A DNA stretch of 64,000 nt, taken from positions 6,900 to 70,899 of the forward strand of contig CAZBQZ010000003.1 of assembly GCA_964494495.1 (NCBI GenBank). The letters are read 5' to 3'. The position numbers and the translations under genes were made by a program. How positions within the stretch are numbered: the first letter of the stretch is position 1; each line of letters starts with the position of its first letter. Below, in pieces: positions 39,671 to 47,614 of this stretch. This stretch comes from an uncultured Candidatus Saccharibacteria bacterium (lineage in GTDB: Bacteria > Patescibacteriota > Saccharimonadia > Saccharimonadales > UBA4665). The notes beneath the pieces were generated by a model. That model had not been told where the DNA came from. It was given only the letters and a program-made list of their open reading frames with translations, and ran no database searches.

Positions 39671-40972
39671 CTAGAGGTGTATGGTTTGCCTGGCAGCCGT
39701 AAAGCCTAAAGCACCGCGCGCTGGTTGCGTGTAATGTAGCGTTTCGTCCCGAAGTGGTGCCTGATAGGCGCTGTTTGCGTTTGCCACAACGAGGCGAGTA
39801 CCGTTAGTAGTGCCTTTATCTTGCACGTGCACCGTTACCGCACCCGGATCGCCGCTAACAGAGATAAAAGCGTGATCCCTCGAAAGCTGTGTGTCTGGAT
39901 CTTCGCCAAAGCTGGTTCTCCAAAAGGTCCTGCCCACACTCAAGCTATCGCTGATGTCGGGCGAGACACGAATACCCTTAGCAACAAACGGTTCTGGACG
40001 CAGCGCAATAAAGCGGCTTGCATCGCCTGTTTGACGGTAGTAAGTCATAGCTTCTTCTGCTTGCTCGAGGTAACGTTGTGTTACAGTTACAAACCGTTGT
40101 CTGTCACCCAACAGATCGCCACCGGGCATAAACTGGCGTGGTTTGTCGCCATATAGGCGCACACGGCGGTCAATAATATACAGTGCATCTGCGGGCTTCT
40201 GTTGTTCGTTGCCGGGTGCAAGCTCGACTTTTGCAATCTGTTCACCATCCATACCGTACCTGGCCAACATCATATCGCGCGTTGCGAGTGGTGGACGCCC
40301 GCGGAGTGATTCGCCGTGCTCGCTCGGTTTGTGATCGTCGCGATGAATAAGGTGCCCTTCTGGGCGGCCAATAACTTGGGGTGTAGCATCATCTGGTAAA
40401 GCCTCGACAATAATCGGCCGATACCCTCGGGCATCGCGTGGCGACAACTGCCAGTTTCCGCTATAGGCGAGTGGTGTGTTGGGTGCACTTGGAGCCAAAA
40501 GGTATGTGCCGTTTGTCGACGTATCGTCAAATCTAATCTGGCCATATTCGATGCTAACACCAACATGTTCGCGGGATACTAGCTTATCGTCAAGTCCAGT
40601 GTTGCGACCAATAGCTAGTCGCCCGTTCTGCGCATGGGGGATTTTACCTATCGGCCGTACTGCGCCATCTTCCTCGGGGTGTACGACGACAAAATCACGA
40701 ACATTGCCGTGCTCGCCGGTACCATAGCTTACCCCTACAATAGGCAACACTTGGCGGCCAACGGTCATAAAGCCGACTAAGTCTTGTTTTGCATGGCTTC
40801 CTTCAAAACTCGCATACGAGAAATCGGGGCTGAGTCGCGTGTGTTCGCCGTTTGCAAGAGTAACTTCGCGGTTACCAGGGCTCTGTTCAACCCACATTTG
40901 TGGTTCGGTTGGTGCTGCAGGAGCAAGATTTTGATGTGGTACCGGAGAGATGCCGGGCTGAAAAGTTGCCAT
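39671..40972 (-). CDS. Tandem FHA-domain protein, no signal peptide or TM
   Basis: Two FHA signatures: IGR...VSREH...DTSTNGT and VGR...LSRDH...DKGTTNGT. Confidence 0.85.
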   Translation of the reverse strand: MATFQPGISPVPHQNLAPAAPTEPQMWVEQSPGNREVTLANGEHTRLSPDFSYASFEGSHAKQDLVGFMTVGRQVLPIVGVSYGTGEHGNVRDFVVVHPEEDGAVRPIGKIPHAQNGRLAIGRNTGLDDKLVSREHVGVSIEYGQIRFDDTSTNGTYLLAPSAPNTPLAYSGNWQLSPRDARGYRPIIVEALPDDATPQVIGRPEGHLIHRDDHKPSEHGESLRGRPPLATRDMMLARYGMDGEQIAKVELAPGNEQQKPADALYIIDRRVRLYGDKPRQFMPGGDLLGDRQRFVTVTQRYLEQAEEAMTYYRQTGDASRFIALRPEPFVAKGIRVSPDISDSLSVGRTFWRTSFGEDPDTQLSRDHAFISVSGDPGAVTVHVQDKGTTNGTRLVVANANSAYQAPLRDETLHYTQPARGALGFTAARQTIHL

Positions 40973-41008
40973 ATACCGCTCTATTTGTTTTTGTTAGTTA
41001 CAATAACA

Positions 41009-41037
41009 AATGTAGCACTTTATTGACTTACTGTCAA
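41009..41037 (-). promoter_or_regulatory. Promoter TTGACA-N17-TACATT for the FHA gene; -35 overlapped by palindrome TTGAC-N5-GTCAA (41023-41037)
   Basis: Hexamers and spacer counted; a second inverted repeat TTTGTTA-N7-TAACAAA lies at 40990-41010. Confidence 0.7.
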
Positions 41038-41048
41038 ATTGTATATGC

Positions 41049-41504
41049 TTACTCTGCCGCGGGCTTGAGAACAATATGCCTGTCGCGGCCTTCACCAGCA
41101 GACTCGCTGACAATGCCAAAATCTTGGGCCAACTTGTGAATGGTGCGGCGATCGGCAGCGCTCATAGGTTTAAGCTCCATGGGCTCTTTGCCTTCTTTTA
41201 CTCGCTTGACCCATTCCTCGGCACGGTCGCTCAGACGCTTGGCGCGCTGTTTTTTGTACTCGGCAACATCAACGTTAACGCGGTTGTATTCGTAGCCTTG
41301 GTTTTTAAGCGCGCTGCTAACCAAAAACTGCATGGCGCGCATATTGTCGCCTTTTTGGCCAATCAAGAAACCATTAAGGTGAGTTGATGGAACTTCTAGT
41401 TCGATGACATCGTCTTCGTAGCCGGCATGAACATCGGTGTTCAATCCAAAAAACGATAGGAGGTCTTCGAGGTACTTCTTAGCGTAACGGATTGCTTCTT
41501 CCAT
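41049..41504 (-). CDS. jag: Jag/KhpB RNA-binding protein (KH + R3H), short form
   Basis: LIGQKGDNMRAMQ KH loop and PMSAADRRTIH R3H motif; position after yidC. Confidence 0.92.
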   Translation of the reverse strand: MEEAIRYAKKYLEDLLSFFGLNTDVHAGYEDDVIELEVPSTHLNGFLIGQKGDNMRAMQFLVSSALKNQGYEYNRVNVDVAEYKKQRAKRLSDRAEEWVKRVKEGKEPMELKPMSAADRRTIHKLAQDFGIVSESAGEGRDRHIVLKPAAE

Positions 41505-42458
41505 CTATCGTCTCCTTCGTTTTTTACCACTCGTTTTCTTAGCCGATTTGGACTTGGGTTTGGCAGTTTCTATAACCTCGCCCTCAATGGCGTTAGCTTC
41601 TTTTTGTTTGGCGGTGGCAACTTTGCTGTCTTTTGTGTCGGCTTCGGCTTCCATTTCTACTGTGTCTTCGCGAAGGAGAATACTTTGCTGTATAAGCGCC
41701 ACGATGCCGCTTGTTAGCCAGTACAGACCCAGGGCGGATGGAATATTAACGGTAAACAATAAAATCATTGCTGGCAACAAATAGCGCGTACTGCGAGCCA
41801 CGGCGGCATTGACTTCGCCTTGGTCGGCCGATTTGCCGCTACCAGCGTCCTTAAGAATATCGCGTAACTTGCGCGAGTCTTTAGTAGTGGGCGTTAGCTG
41901 TTTACTCTGGTAAAACTGTACCACGGCGCTGCCCAGTACGATGACCATGGCTGGCCAATACACACCTTTGGGGCCTAGTGCAGCACGAGTTAGGTCGACA
42001 ACATGAAACAAGGTGTGATCAAACTGATGTATGTTTTTAGCCAGTTGCTCCATCCAAGGAAAGTGCTGCAGGGTCGGGTACGCAAAGCTAATAAGCTGGT
42101 GAGGGTCTTTGAGCACACGCTGTAAGCCACTGTACAAACCAAGCAAAATAGGAATCTGCAAAATAAGTACACCAATGGAGCCAAACGGATTGATACCCCG
42201 CTCCTTATAGAGCTCCATCATCATAGCCGACTCTTGCTGACGGTTGCCGTTGGCGGCTTTTTTTATGCGCTTGAGCTCCGGCTGGATTTGGCGCATGACC
42301 TTTACCTGGTGCAGTTGCTTTTTGACCAGCGGCCACATCAGCAAACGGACAATAATGGTAAAAATAATAATGCTCAGGCCAAAGTTATGCCCCGGCAAAA
42401 GCGAATACACCAGTACTAATAGGTTAAAAATAGGCTGGACTATCAGCGTCGTAAACAT
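41505..42458 (-). CDS. yidC: Membrane protein insertase
   Basis: IIIFTIIVRLLMWPL, QPELKRI, ELYKERGINP, LQIPIL and LYWLTS motifs. Confidence 0.95.
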   Translation of the reverse strand: MFTTLIVQPIFNLLVLVYSLLPGHNFGLSIIIFTIIVRLLMWPLVKKQLHQVKVMRQIQPELKRIKKAANGNRQQESAMMMELYKERGINPFGSIGVLILQIPILLGLYSGLQRVLKDPHQLISFAYPTLQHFPWMEQLAKNIHQFDHTLFHVVDLTRAALGPKGVYWPAMVIVLGSAVVQFYQSKQLTPTTKDSRKLRDILKDAGSGKSADQGEVNAAVARSTRYLLPAMILLFTVNIPSALGLYWLTSGIVALIQQSILLREDTVEMEAEADTKDSKVATAKQKEANAIEGEVIETAKPKSKSAKKTSGKKRRRR

Positions 42459-42859
42459 TAAGCAGTCGTCTCCTTATTTTCTATAATAGCATGATCTGAT
42501 CTGGTACGGCCATCGGCCAATACCCCTGCCTTGCGCAGACAATCCGTAACCGATTGGCTAAGGCGACTATGCGACAGCTCGGCTACTGCGGCGTCGTATA
42601 CCGTAAATACCAAATCGTACGGTTCGGTAAGCGTATCTAGTTGTACGCGTACCAATTCGTAAATACGGCGGCGAATGCGATTACGCACCACAGCCGATTT
42701 ACTTACTTTGCGACTCACTACTACGGCTACACGGTAGCCCTTTTCGCGCGGGTTGCGCACCGAGCGCACCGAAACCACACCCCCACGAGACATTTGTCCT
42801 CGTTGGTATACGTAGCGAAGCGCGCTGCGTCCGTGGAATCTGTGGGCTTGTGTAATCAC
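42458..42859 (-). CDS. rnpA: Ribonuclease P protein component
   Basis: VSRKVSKSAVVRNRIRRR RNR motif; canonical synteny. Confidence 0.95.
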   Translation of the reverse strand: MITQAHRFHGRSALRYVYQRGQMSRGGVVSVRSVRNPREKGYRVAVVVSRKVSKSAVVRNRIRRRIYELVRVQLDTLTEPYDLVFTVYDAAVAELSHSRLSQSVTDCLRKAGVLADGRTRSDHAIIENKETTA

Positions 42860-42895
42860 TGCAAAAGCCTCGGGCTCCCTGGGCCAAGCAGGCCG

Positions 42896-43033
42896 TTACT
42901 TAGATAGTTCGACGCGGCCCTTAGAACGGCGGCGAGCAAGTACGGCGCGACCGGCGCGGGTAGCCATGCGCTTCATAAAACCGTGCTCTTTAGCACGTTG
43001 ACGCTTTTTGGGTTGGTAGGTTCGTTTTGGCAT
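42896..43033 (-). CDS. rpmH: 50S ribosomal protein L34 (not in ORF track)
   Basis: Manual translation: [45 protein letters not shown]. Confidence 0.97.
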   Translation of the reverse strand: MPKRTYQPKKRQRAKEHGFMKRMATRAGRAVLARRRSKGRVELSK

Positions 43034-43331
43034 ATGCTCTCACTCTACAGGATTGTACCCTGTTATTCAATGTAATAACTCTCTACTACTATCTTTACAG
43101 TTAGGCAATTGCCTACCGTGAAAATAACAATATTTTACCTACTAATAGTATCAGGTTTTCCACATATTCTCAACCTCTATCCACAATTTAACAGATGGGA
43201 CTTCCAACTGTGCATAACTTTGACTATTATCTGTTGACACTTGTGATGTTATAAACACGGCATACACACATGTGGAAAAGTCGTATACTTCAGCGTACAA
43301 TCAGATGTATAAGCGAGTGTGAGGGGTAAAG
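43034..43331. other. oriC part 1: DnaA-box cluster upstream of dnaA
   Basis: DnaA-box variants TTTTCCACA 43156-43164, CTATCCACA 43177-43185, TGTGCATAA 43209-43217, TGTGGAAAA 43271-43279. Confidence 0.8.
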
Positions 43332-44708
43332 GTGCAACCAACGTCTAATGTATGGCAAGCTGTGTTGGGCGAAATTGAGCTATCGGTTTCGCGCGGCAAC
43401 TTTGTCACGTGGTTTAAAAACACTGTTCTGTTAAAGCAGGACGGCGACCACATTATCGTTGGCGTGCCCAATGTATTTATTAAGCAGCAACTAGAGCGCA
43501 AGTATAACGACCTGGTGCGCGAAACTCTGCAAAAGAACGGTATTACCGCAGACATAGTTGAATACAAAATCCACACAGCCCTAACCCCCATCCGAGAGGA
43601 AGACTCCAGTGTACTAAGGCCCTCGCCTGGTGGTGGCACACAAGCACAGCCAGCCATCAAACCCGCAACGAGTGGCGTTACACATGCATATCGCCAAGGC
43701 CTGAACGAAAAGTATACGTTTGACACTTTTATTGTTGGCTCTGGCAACGAGTTGGCCTATGCCGCATGTCAAGCAGTAGCTGCCCAGCCTGGAACTAAGT
43801 ACAATCCGTTGTTTTTATACGGCGGAGTGGGAATTGGCAAGACTCATCTTATCCAAGCCGTAGGCAATGCAGTGCTGGCAAACAACAATAAAGCCCGCGT
43901 GGTGTACATTTCTAGCGAGCAATTCTTGCAAGAGTTTGTCGATGCCCTACGTTTTAAAAAGAACACCGATTTTGCCGACTTTTACCGCGGTGCCGACGTG
44001 CTAATTGTCGACGACGTGCAGTTTATTGCCGGCAAAGAAAAGGTGCAAGAAGAGTTCTTTCATACCTTTAACGCCCTGCACCAGGCTAGCAAACAGATCA
44101 TTATCAGCAGCGATAAGCCGCCCCGCGACATACCAACACTAGAAGAACGCCTGCGCAGCCGCTTTGTATGGGGTATGAGTATCGATATGCAAACGCCTGA
44201 TTTTGAAACGCGCTGTGCTATTTTACAAACCAAAGCACATACTCACGGTATTGTGCTGCCGGGCGATGTTACCGAATACCTAGCCACCAATGTACAAACA
44301 AACATTCGCGAGTTGGAAGGCGCCCTAAATCAACTACTGGCCTTCTGCGAAATGCGCGAGTTAGAACCCAACATGGGCATAGCAAGCAGCTTGCTTGGCT
44401 CAAGCCAAAGTCGGCCCAAGCACATTAGCGCCAAACAAATCATCGAACGCACCGCCAGACACTTTCAGATTCCGCTCGAAGACCTTATGGGCCCCAAGCG
44501 TGATAAAGACATTGTAGTGCCTCGCCAAGTAGCTATGTATATGTTGCGCAGCGAGCTACACCTAAGCTTTCCAAAAATAGCCCGCGAGCTGGGACGCAAA
44601 GACCACACTACTGCTATTCACTCTATAGAAAAAATCGAAAAAGAATCCCGCTTGGACGCTGACATACGCTCGGCCATAAGCAGCATAAAGGACAAATTGT
44701 ATGCATAA
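43332..44708 (+). CDS. dnaA: Chromosomal replication initiator
   Basis: YTFDTF, YNPLFLYGGVGIGKTHL, DDVQF, QEEFFHTFN, NIRELEGAL and GRKDHTT motifs. Confidence 0.99.
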   Translation: MQPTSNVWQAVLGEIELSVSRGNFVTWFKNTVLLKQDGDHIIVGVPNVFIKQQLERKYNDLVRETLQKNGITADIVEYKIHTALTPIREEDSSVLRPSPGGGTQAQPAIKPATSGVTHAYRQGLNEKYTFDTFIVGSGNELAYAACQAVAAQPGTKYNPLFLYGGVGIGKTHLIQAVGNAVLANNNKARVVYISSEQFLQEFVDALRFKKNTDFADFYRGADVLIVDDVQFIAGKEKVQEEFFHTFNALHQASKQIIISSDKPPRDIPTLEERLRSRFVWGMSIDMQTPDFETRCAILQTKAHTHGIVLPGDVTEYLATNVQTNIRELEGALNQLLAFCEMRELEPNMGIASSLLGSSQSRPKHISAKQIIERTARHFQIPLEDLMGPKRDKDIVVPRQVAMYMLRSELHLSFPKIARELGRKDHTTAIHSIEKIEKESRLDADIRSAISSIKDKLYA

Positions 44709-44969
44709 TAGTTGTGCAAAACCAGTGGATAGCCTGCGAAGATACGGTGGACGTGCATACATTTTGTGCACGGCTTTAGACATGATTCCTATACTACCAG
44801 TGGAAAAGCCCCGACTTACACACCTTTTATTCACTGCCAAGCACTGGCTTTCCCACACATCAAAAGTGCCACTTCACCTCAGTTATGTACACGTTTATCC
44901 CCACTATCCACAATGCCTATAATAACGATAACTATTCTAATTACTTAGTTATATAGTAAGGAGCCATTC
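44709..44969. other. oriC part 2: DnaA boxes followed by an AT-rich putative unwinding element
   Basis: TTATGTACA 44883-44891, tandem TTATCCCCA 44895-44903 and CTATCCACA 44904-44912, then an AT-rich tract 44918-44956; further degenerate boxes near 44713-44732 and 44799-44807. Confidence 0.8.
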
Positions 44970-46061
44970 ATGAAACTGCAGGTTACACAAGAAAATCTGA
45001 ACAAAGCATTAGGTACTGTTGCCCGTGTTGCTAATACTCGTGGTACCCTACCCGTTTTAGCTAACGTACTTATCAAGACGGTTAATAATCGACTAAGCAT
45101 TGCTGCAACTAATCTCGATATCGCCATAACACATTACATTGGCGCTAAGGTGGCCGACGAAGGTGCCATTACCGCCCCTGCTCGTCTGATGCAAGACTTT
45201 GTAAGCAGCCTGCCGAACGGCGTTATTGATCTTAACCTCGAAGAGTACAAACTACATATTGCCACCGAGCAATATCAGTCGGTAATCAATGGTGTATCGG
45301 CCGAAGAGTTTCCGGTAATGCCCGCCATTAGTAGCGGCAAAACGTGGACAGTTCCGGCCAATATCCTTAAAAGGAGCTTGCAACAGGTAGTTATTGCCGC
45401 TTCTACCGACGAAGCGCGCCCAGTTCTCACCGGCGTATATATCCACACTGTGGACGGTGCTGTGTATATGGCAGCTACCGACAGCTACCGTTTGGCCGAA
45501 AAGCAACTACTAAAAACCAAAGAGGACATTACCCTGCTAGTGCCGGTATCGGCCATGCAAGATTTGCTGCGCATTGTCAGCGACAGCGAAGACGACGTTA
45601 CGGTTACGAGCGACGATCAGCAGGTACTGTTTCATGTTGGTGACGTCGAGCTGGTTGCACGACTCATCGAGGGCAAATACCCCGACTACCGCAAGCTCAT
45701 CCCTGCCGCTTTTGCCACAACCGCTACTATGAAGCGCGCCGACTTGCTTAATGCTGCCAAAATATCCAGCCTGTTTGCCCGCGAAAGCGCCGGTAGTATT
45801 ACGCTCAATGTGGACGAAGCTGCTGGCGAGCTGAGCATTCGCTCGGTTGCATCTCAGCTTGGCGAAAACACGGCTAAGGCCACGGCCAAGATAGAAGGCA
45901 GCGGCAGTATTACGCTCAACTCGCGCTACTTGCTCGATGCTCTGCACGCTTTGTCGGGCGAAGACGTAACCTTTTGCTTTAATGGCAAGCTCGAGCCATC
46001 GGTACTCAAAGACCCGGCTGCCAGCGACTATGTACACATCATCATGCCGCTTAAGAGCTAG
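44970..46061 (+). CDS. dnaN: DNA polymerase III beta clamp
   Basis: ATNLD, RPVLTG, ATDSYRL, GKYPDY and IIMP motifs; AAGGAG SD. Confidence 0.98.
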   Translation: MKLQVTQENLNKALGTVARVANTRGTLPVLANVLIKTVNNRLSIAATNLDIAITHYIGAKVADEGAITAPARLMQDFVSSLPNGVIDLNLEEYKLHIATEQYQSVINGVSAEEFPVMPAISSGKTWTVPANILKRSLQQVVIAASTDEARPVLTGVYIHTVDGAVYMAATDSYRLAEKQLLKTKEDITLLVPVSAMQDLLRIVSDSEDDVTVTSDDQQVLFHVGDVELVARLIEGKYPDYRKLIPAAFATTATMKRADLLNAAKISSLFARESAGSITLNVDEAAGELSIRSVASQLGENTAKATAKIEGSGSITLNSRYLLDALHALSGEDVTFCFNGKLEPSVLKDPAASDYVHIIMPLKS

Positions 46062-46096
46062 CTCTACGAATTTGACAGGAGTAATACGACAAACCT

Positions 46097-46468
46097 ATGG
46101 AAGATAGATCAATTAGACTCATCAACAAACCTGCTGAGCAGCACGCGCTTGAGGCTGCCCTTCAATATCAGGGCCTTGATTTCAGAGAGACTACACAAGT
46201 GTCGATATGTAATGGCTACGGCTTTGTGGGGGTTCGAGAAGCGGTTGACGGAAATGTTAAGCCTGTAGGTGTAGAGCAATGGGGTTTTGATTTCACCAAT
46301 CATTCAGGTTTAGTCGAAGGGGGCACTAGTGTTTTGGCGGTCATTATGCCTCCTTCGGAAGTAGTGCTCAATGGTCTGCGAAATGTAGCTACCAGCAGAA
46401 ATCCTTTTAGGATTCTTCGTCGCTTTGCTGCCGCAAGGCTGCTGAACCGGCTCGATGACAGCTGGTAG
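46097..46468 (+). CDS. Orphan hypothetical protein between dnaN and recF
   Basis: 123-aa ORF filling the gap; no recognisable motif. Confidence 0.55.
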   Translation: MEDRSIRLINKPAEQHALEAALQYQGLDFRETTQVSICNGYGFVGVREAVDGNVKPVGVEQWGFDFTNHSGLVEGGTSVLAVIMPPSEVVLNGLRNVATSRNPFRILRRFAAARLLNRLDDSW

Positions 46469-46545
46469 TACACGCACGAGACAAAAGTAAGCCGGAGGAC
46501 TATTCCTTACCAGTTTACTCTCTTATCCGTATACTAAGTAAGATT

Positions 46546-47613
46546 ATGATTACCGACTTACGCTTGCAGCATTTTCGTTCCTATACCGATGCAGCATTCG
46601 AGCTGGATCCGAGCGTCAATATTATTGTGGGGCCGAATGCCAGTGGCAAAACAAATTTGCTGGAAGCAGTGCTGATTATTGCCCGTGGCTCGTCGTACCG
46701 CGCCAATGATGCCGAGTTGGTGCAATTTGACGCGCCCTGGATGCGTCTGGACGCCGATACGCTTACAGGCAGGCGGACGGTCAAAATGCAGGCGCAAACG
46801 GCTGAGACATGGCTCAAAACGTTTGAGATGGATGAGACAAGCTTGGCCCGGCTGACGCCGCAGCGGCAGTTGCCTATTGTGCTATTTGAGCCTAATCATT
46901 TACTGCTATTGCATGGATCGCCCGACCTGCGCCGTTCCTTCCTAGACGACCTCCTAGAGCAAACTAACCCGCGTTTTGGCGCTACCAGGCGTCACTACAA
47001 GCGGGTGCTCTACCAACGTAATACGCTGCTCAAAAAACAGCCGCACGGCTGGCGCGAGCAGTTATTTGTGTGGAACGTGCGTTTAAGCGAGCTGGGTGGC
47101 CAAATTGCCCGCGAGCGGTACGATTTGGTAACGCGCTTTAACGAGCGCATGAGCGACCTGTATAACGGTCTTAGCCGCCAAACAAATGCTATCGAGCTGG
47201 CATATGCGTCCAAGTTTGCCCCCGATAATTACGAATCTGCTCTGCTACATAAATTAGAAAATAATGTAGATATCGACTTAGCGCGCGGCTTTACGGTGTA
47301 TGGTCCGCATCGCGACGATTTGGCAGTGAGTATAGACGGCCACGCGGCATCGGAATCGGCTTCGCGCGGCGAAACACGTACATTGGTGCTGGCGCTCAAA
47401 TTGTTGGAATTGCACTTACTTGAAGAGCAAAAAAATATGCGGCCTATGTTGCTGCTCGATGATGTGTTTAGCGAGTTAGACGGCAAGCGCCGCCAAGCCC
47501 TAACGGCCTTTGTTGCCGACTACCAAACCTTTATTACCACCACCGACGCCGATGTTGTGGTGCAGCATTTTTCAACCAGCAATATTATTCCGCTGGCAAC
47601 CAACGGCCAATAG
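46546..47613 (+). CDS. recF: DNA replication/repair protein RecF
   Basis: HFRSY, GPNASGKTNLLEA, RRSFLD, GPHRDD, SRGE and LLLDDVFSELD motifs. Confidence 0.97.
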   Translation: MITDLRLQHFRSYTDAAFELDPSVNIIVGPNASGKTNLLEAVLIIARGSSYRANDAELVQFDAPWMRLDADTLTGRRTVKMQAQTAETWLKTFEMDETSLARLTPQRQLPIVLFEPNHLLLLHGSPDLRRSFLDDLLEQTNPRFGATRRHYKRVLYQRNTLLKKQPHGWREQLFVWNVRLSELGGQIARERYDLVTRFNERMSDLYNGLSRQTNAIELAYASKFAPDNYESALLHKLENNVDIDLARGFTVYGPHRDDLAVSIDGHAASESASRGETRTLVLALKLLELHLLEEQKNMRPMLLLDDVFSELDGKRRQALTAFVADYQTFITTTDADVVVQHFSTSNIIPLATNGQ

Positions 47614-47614
47614 T

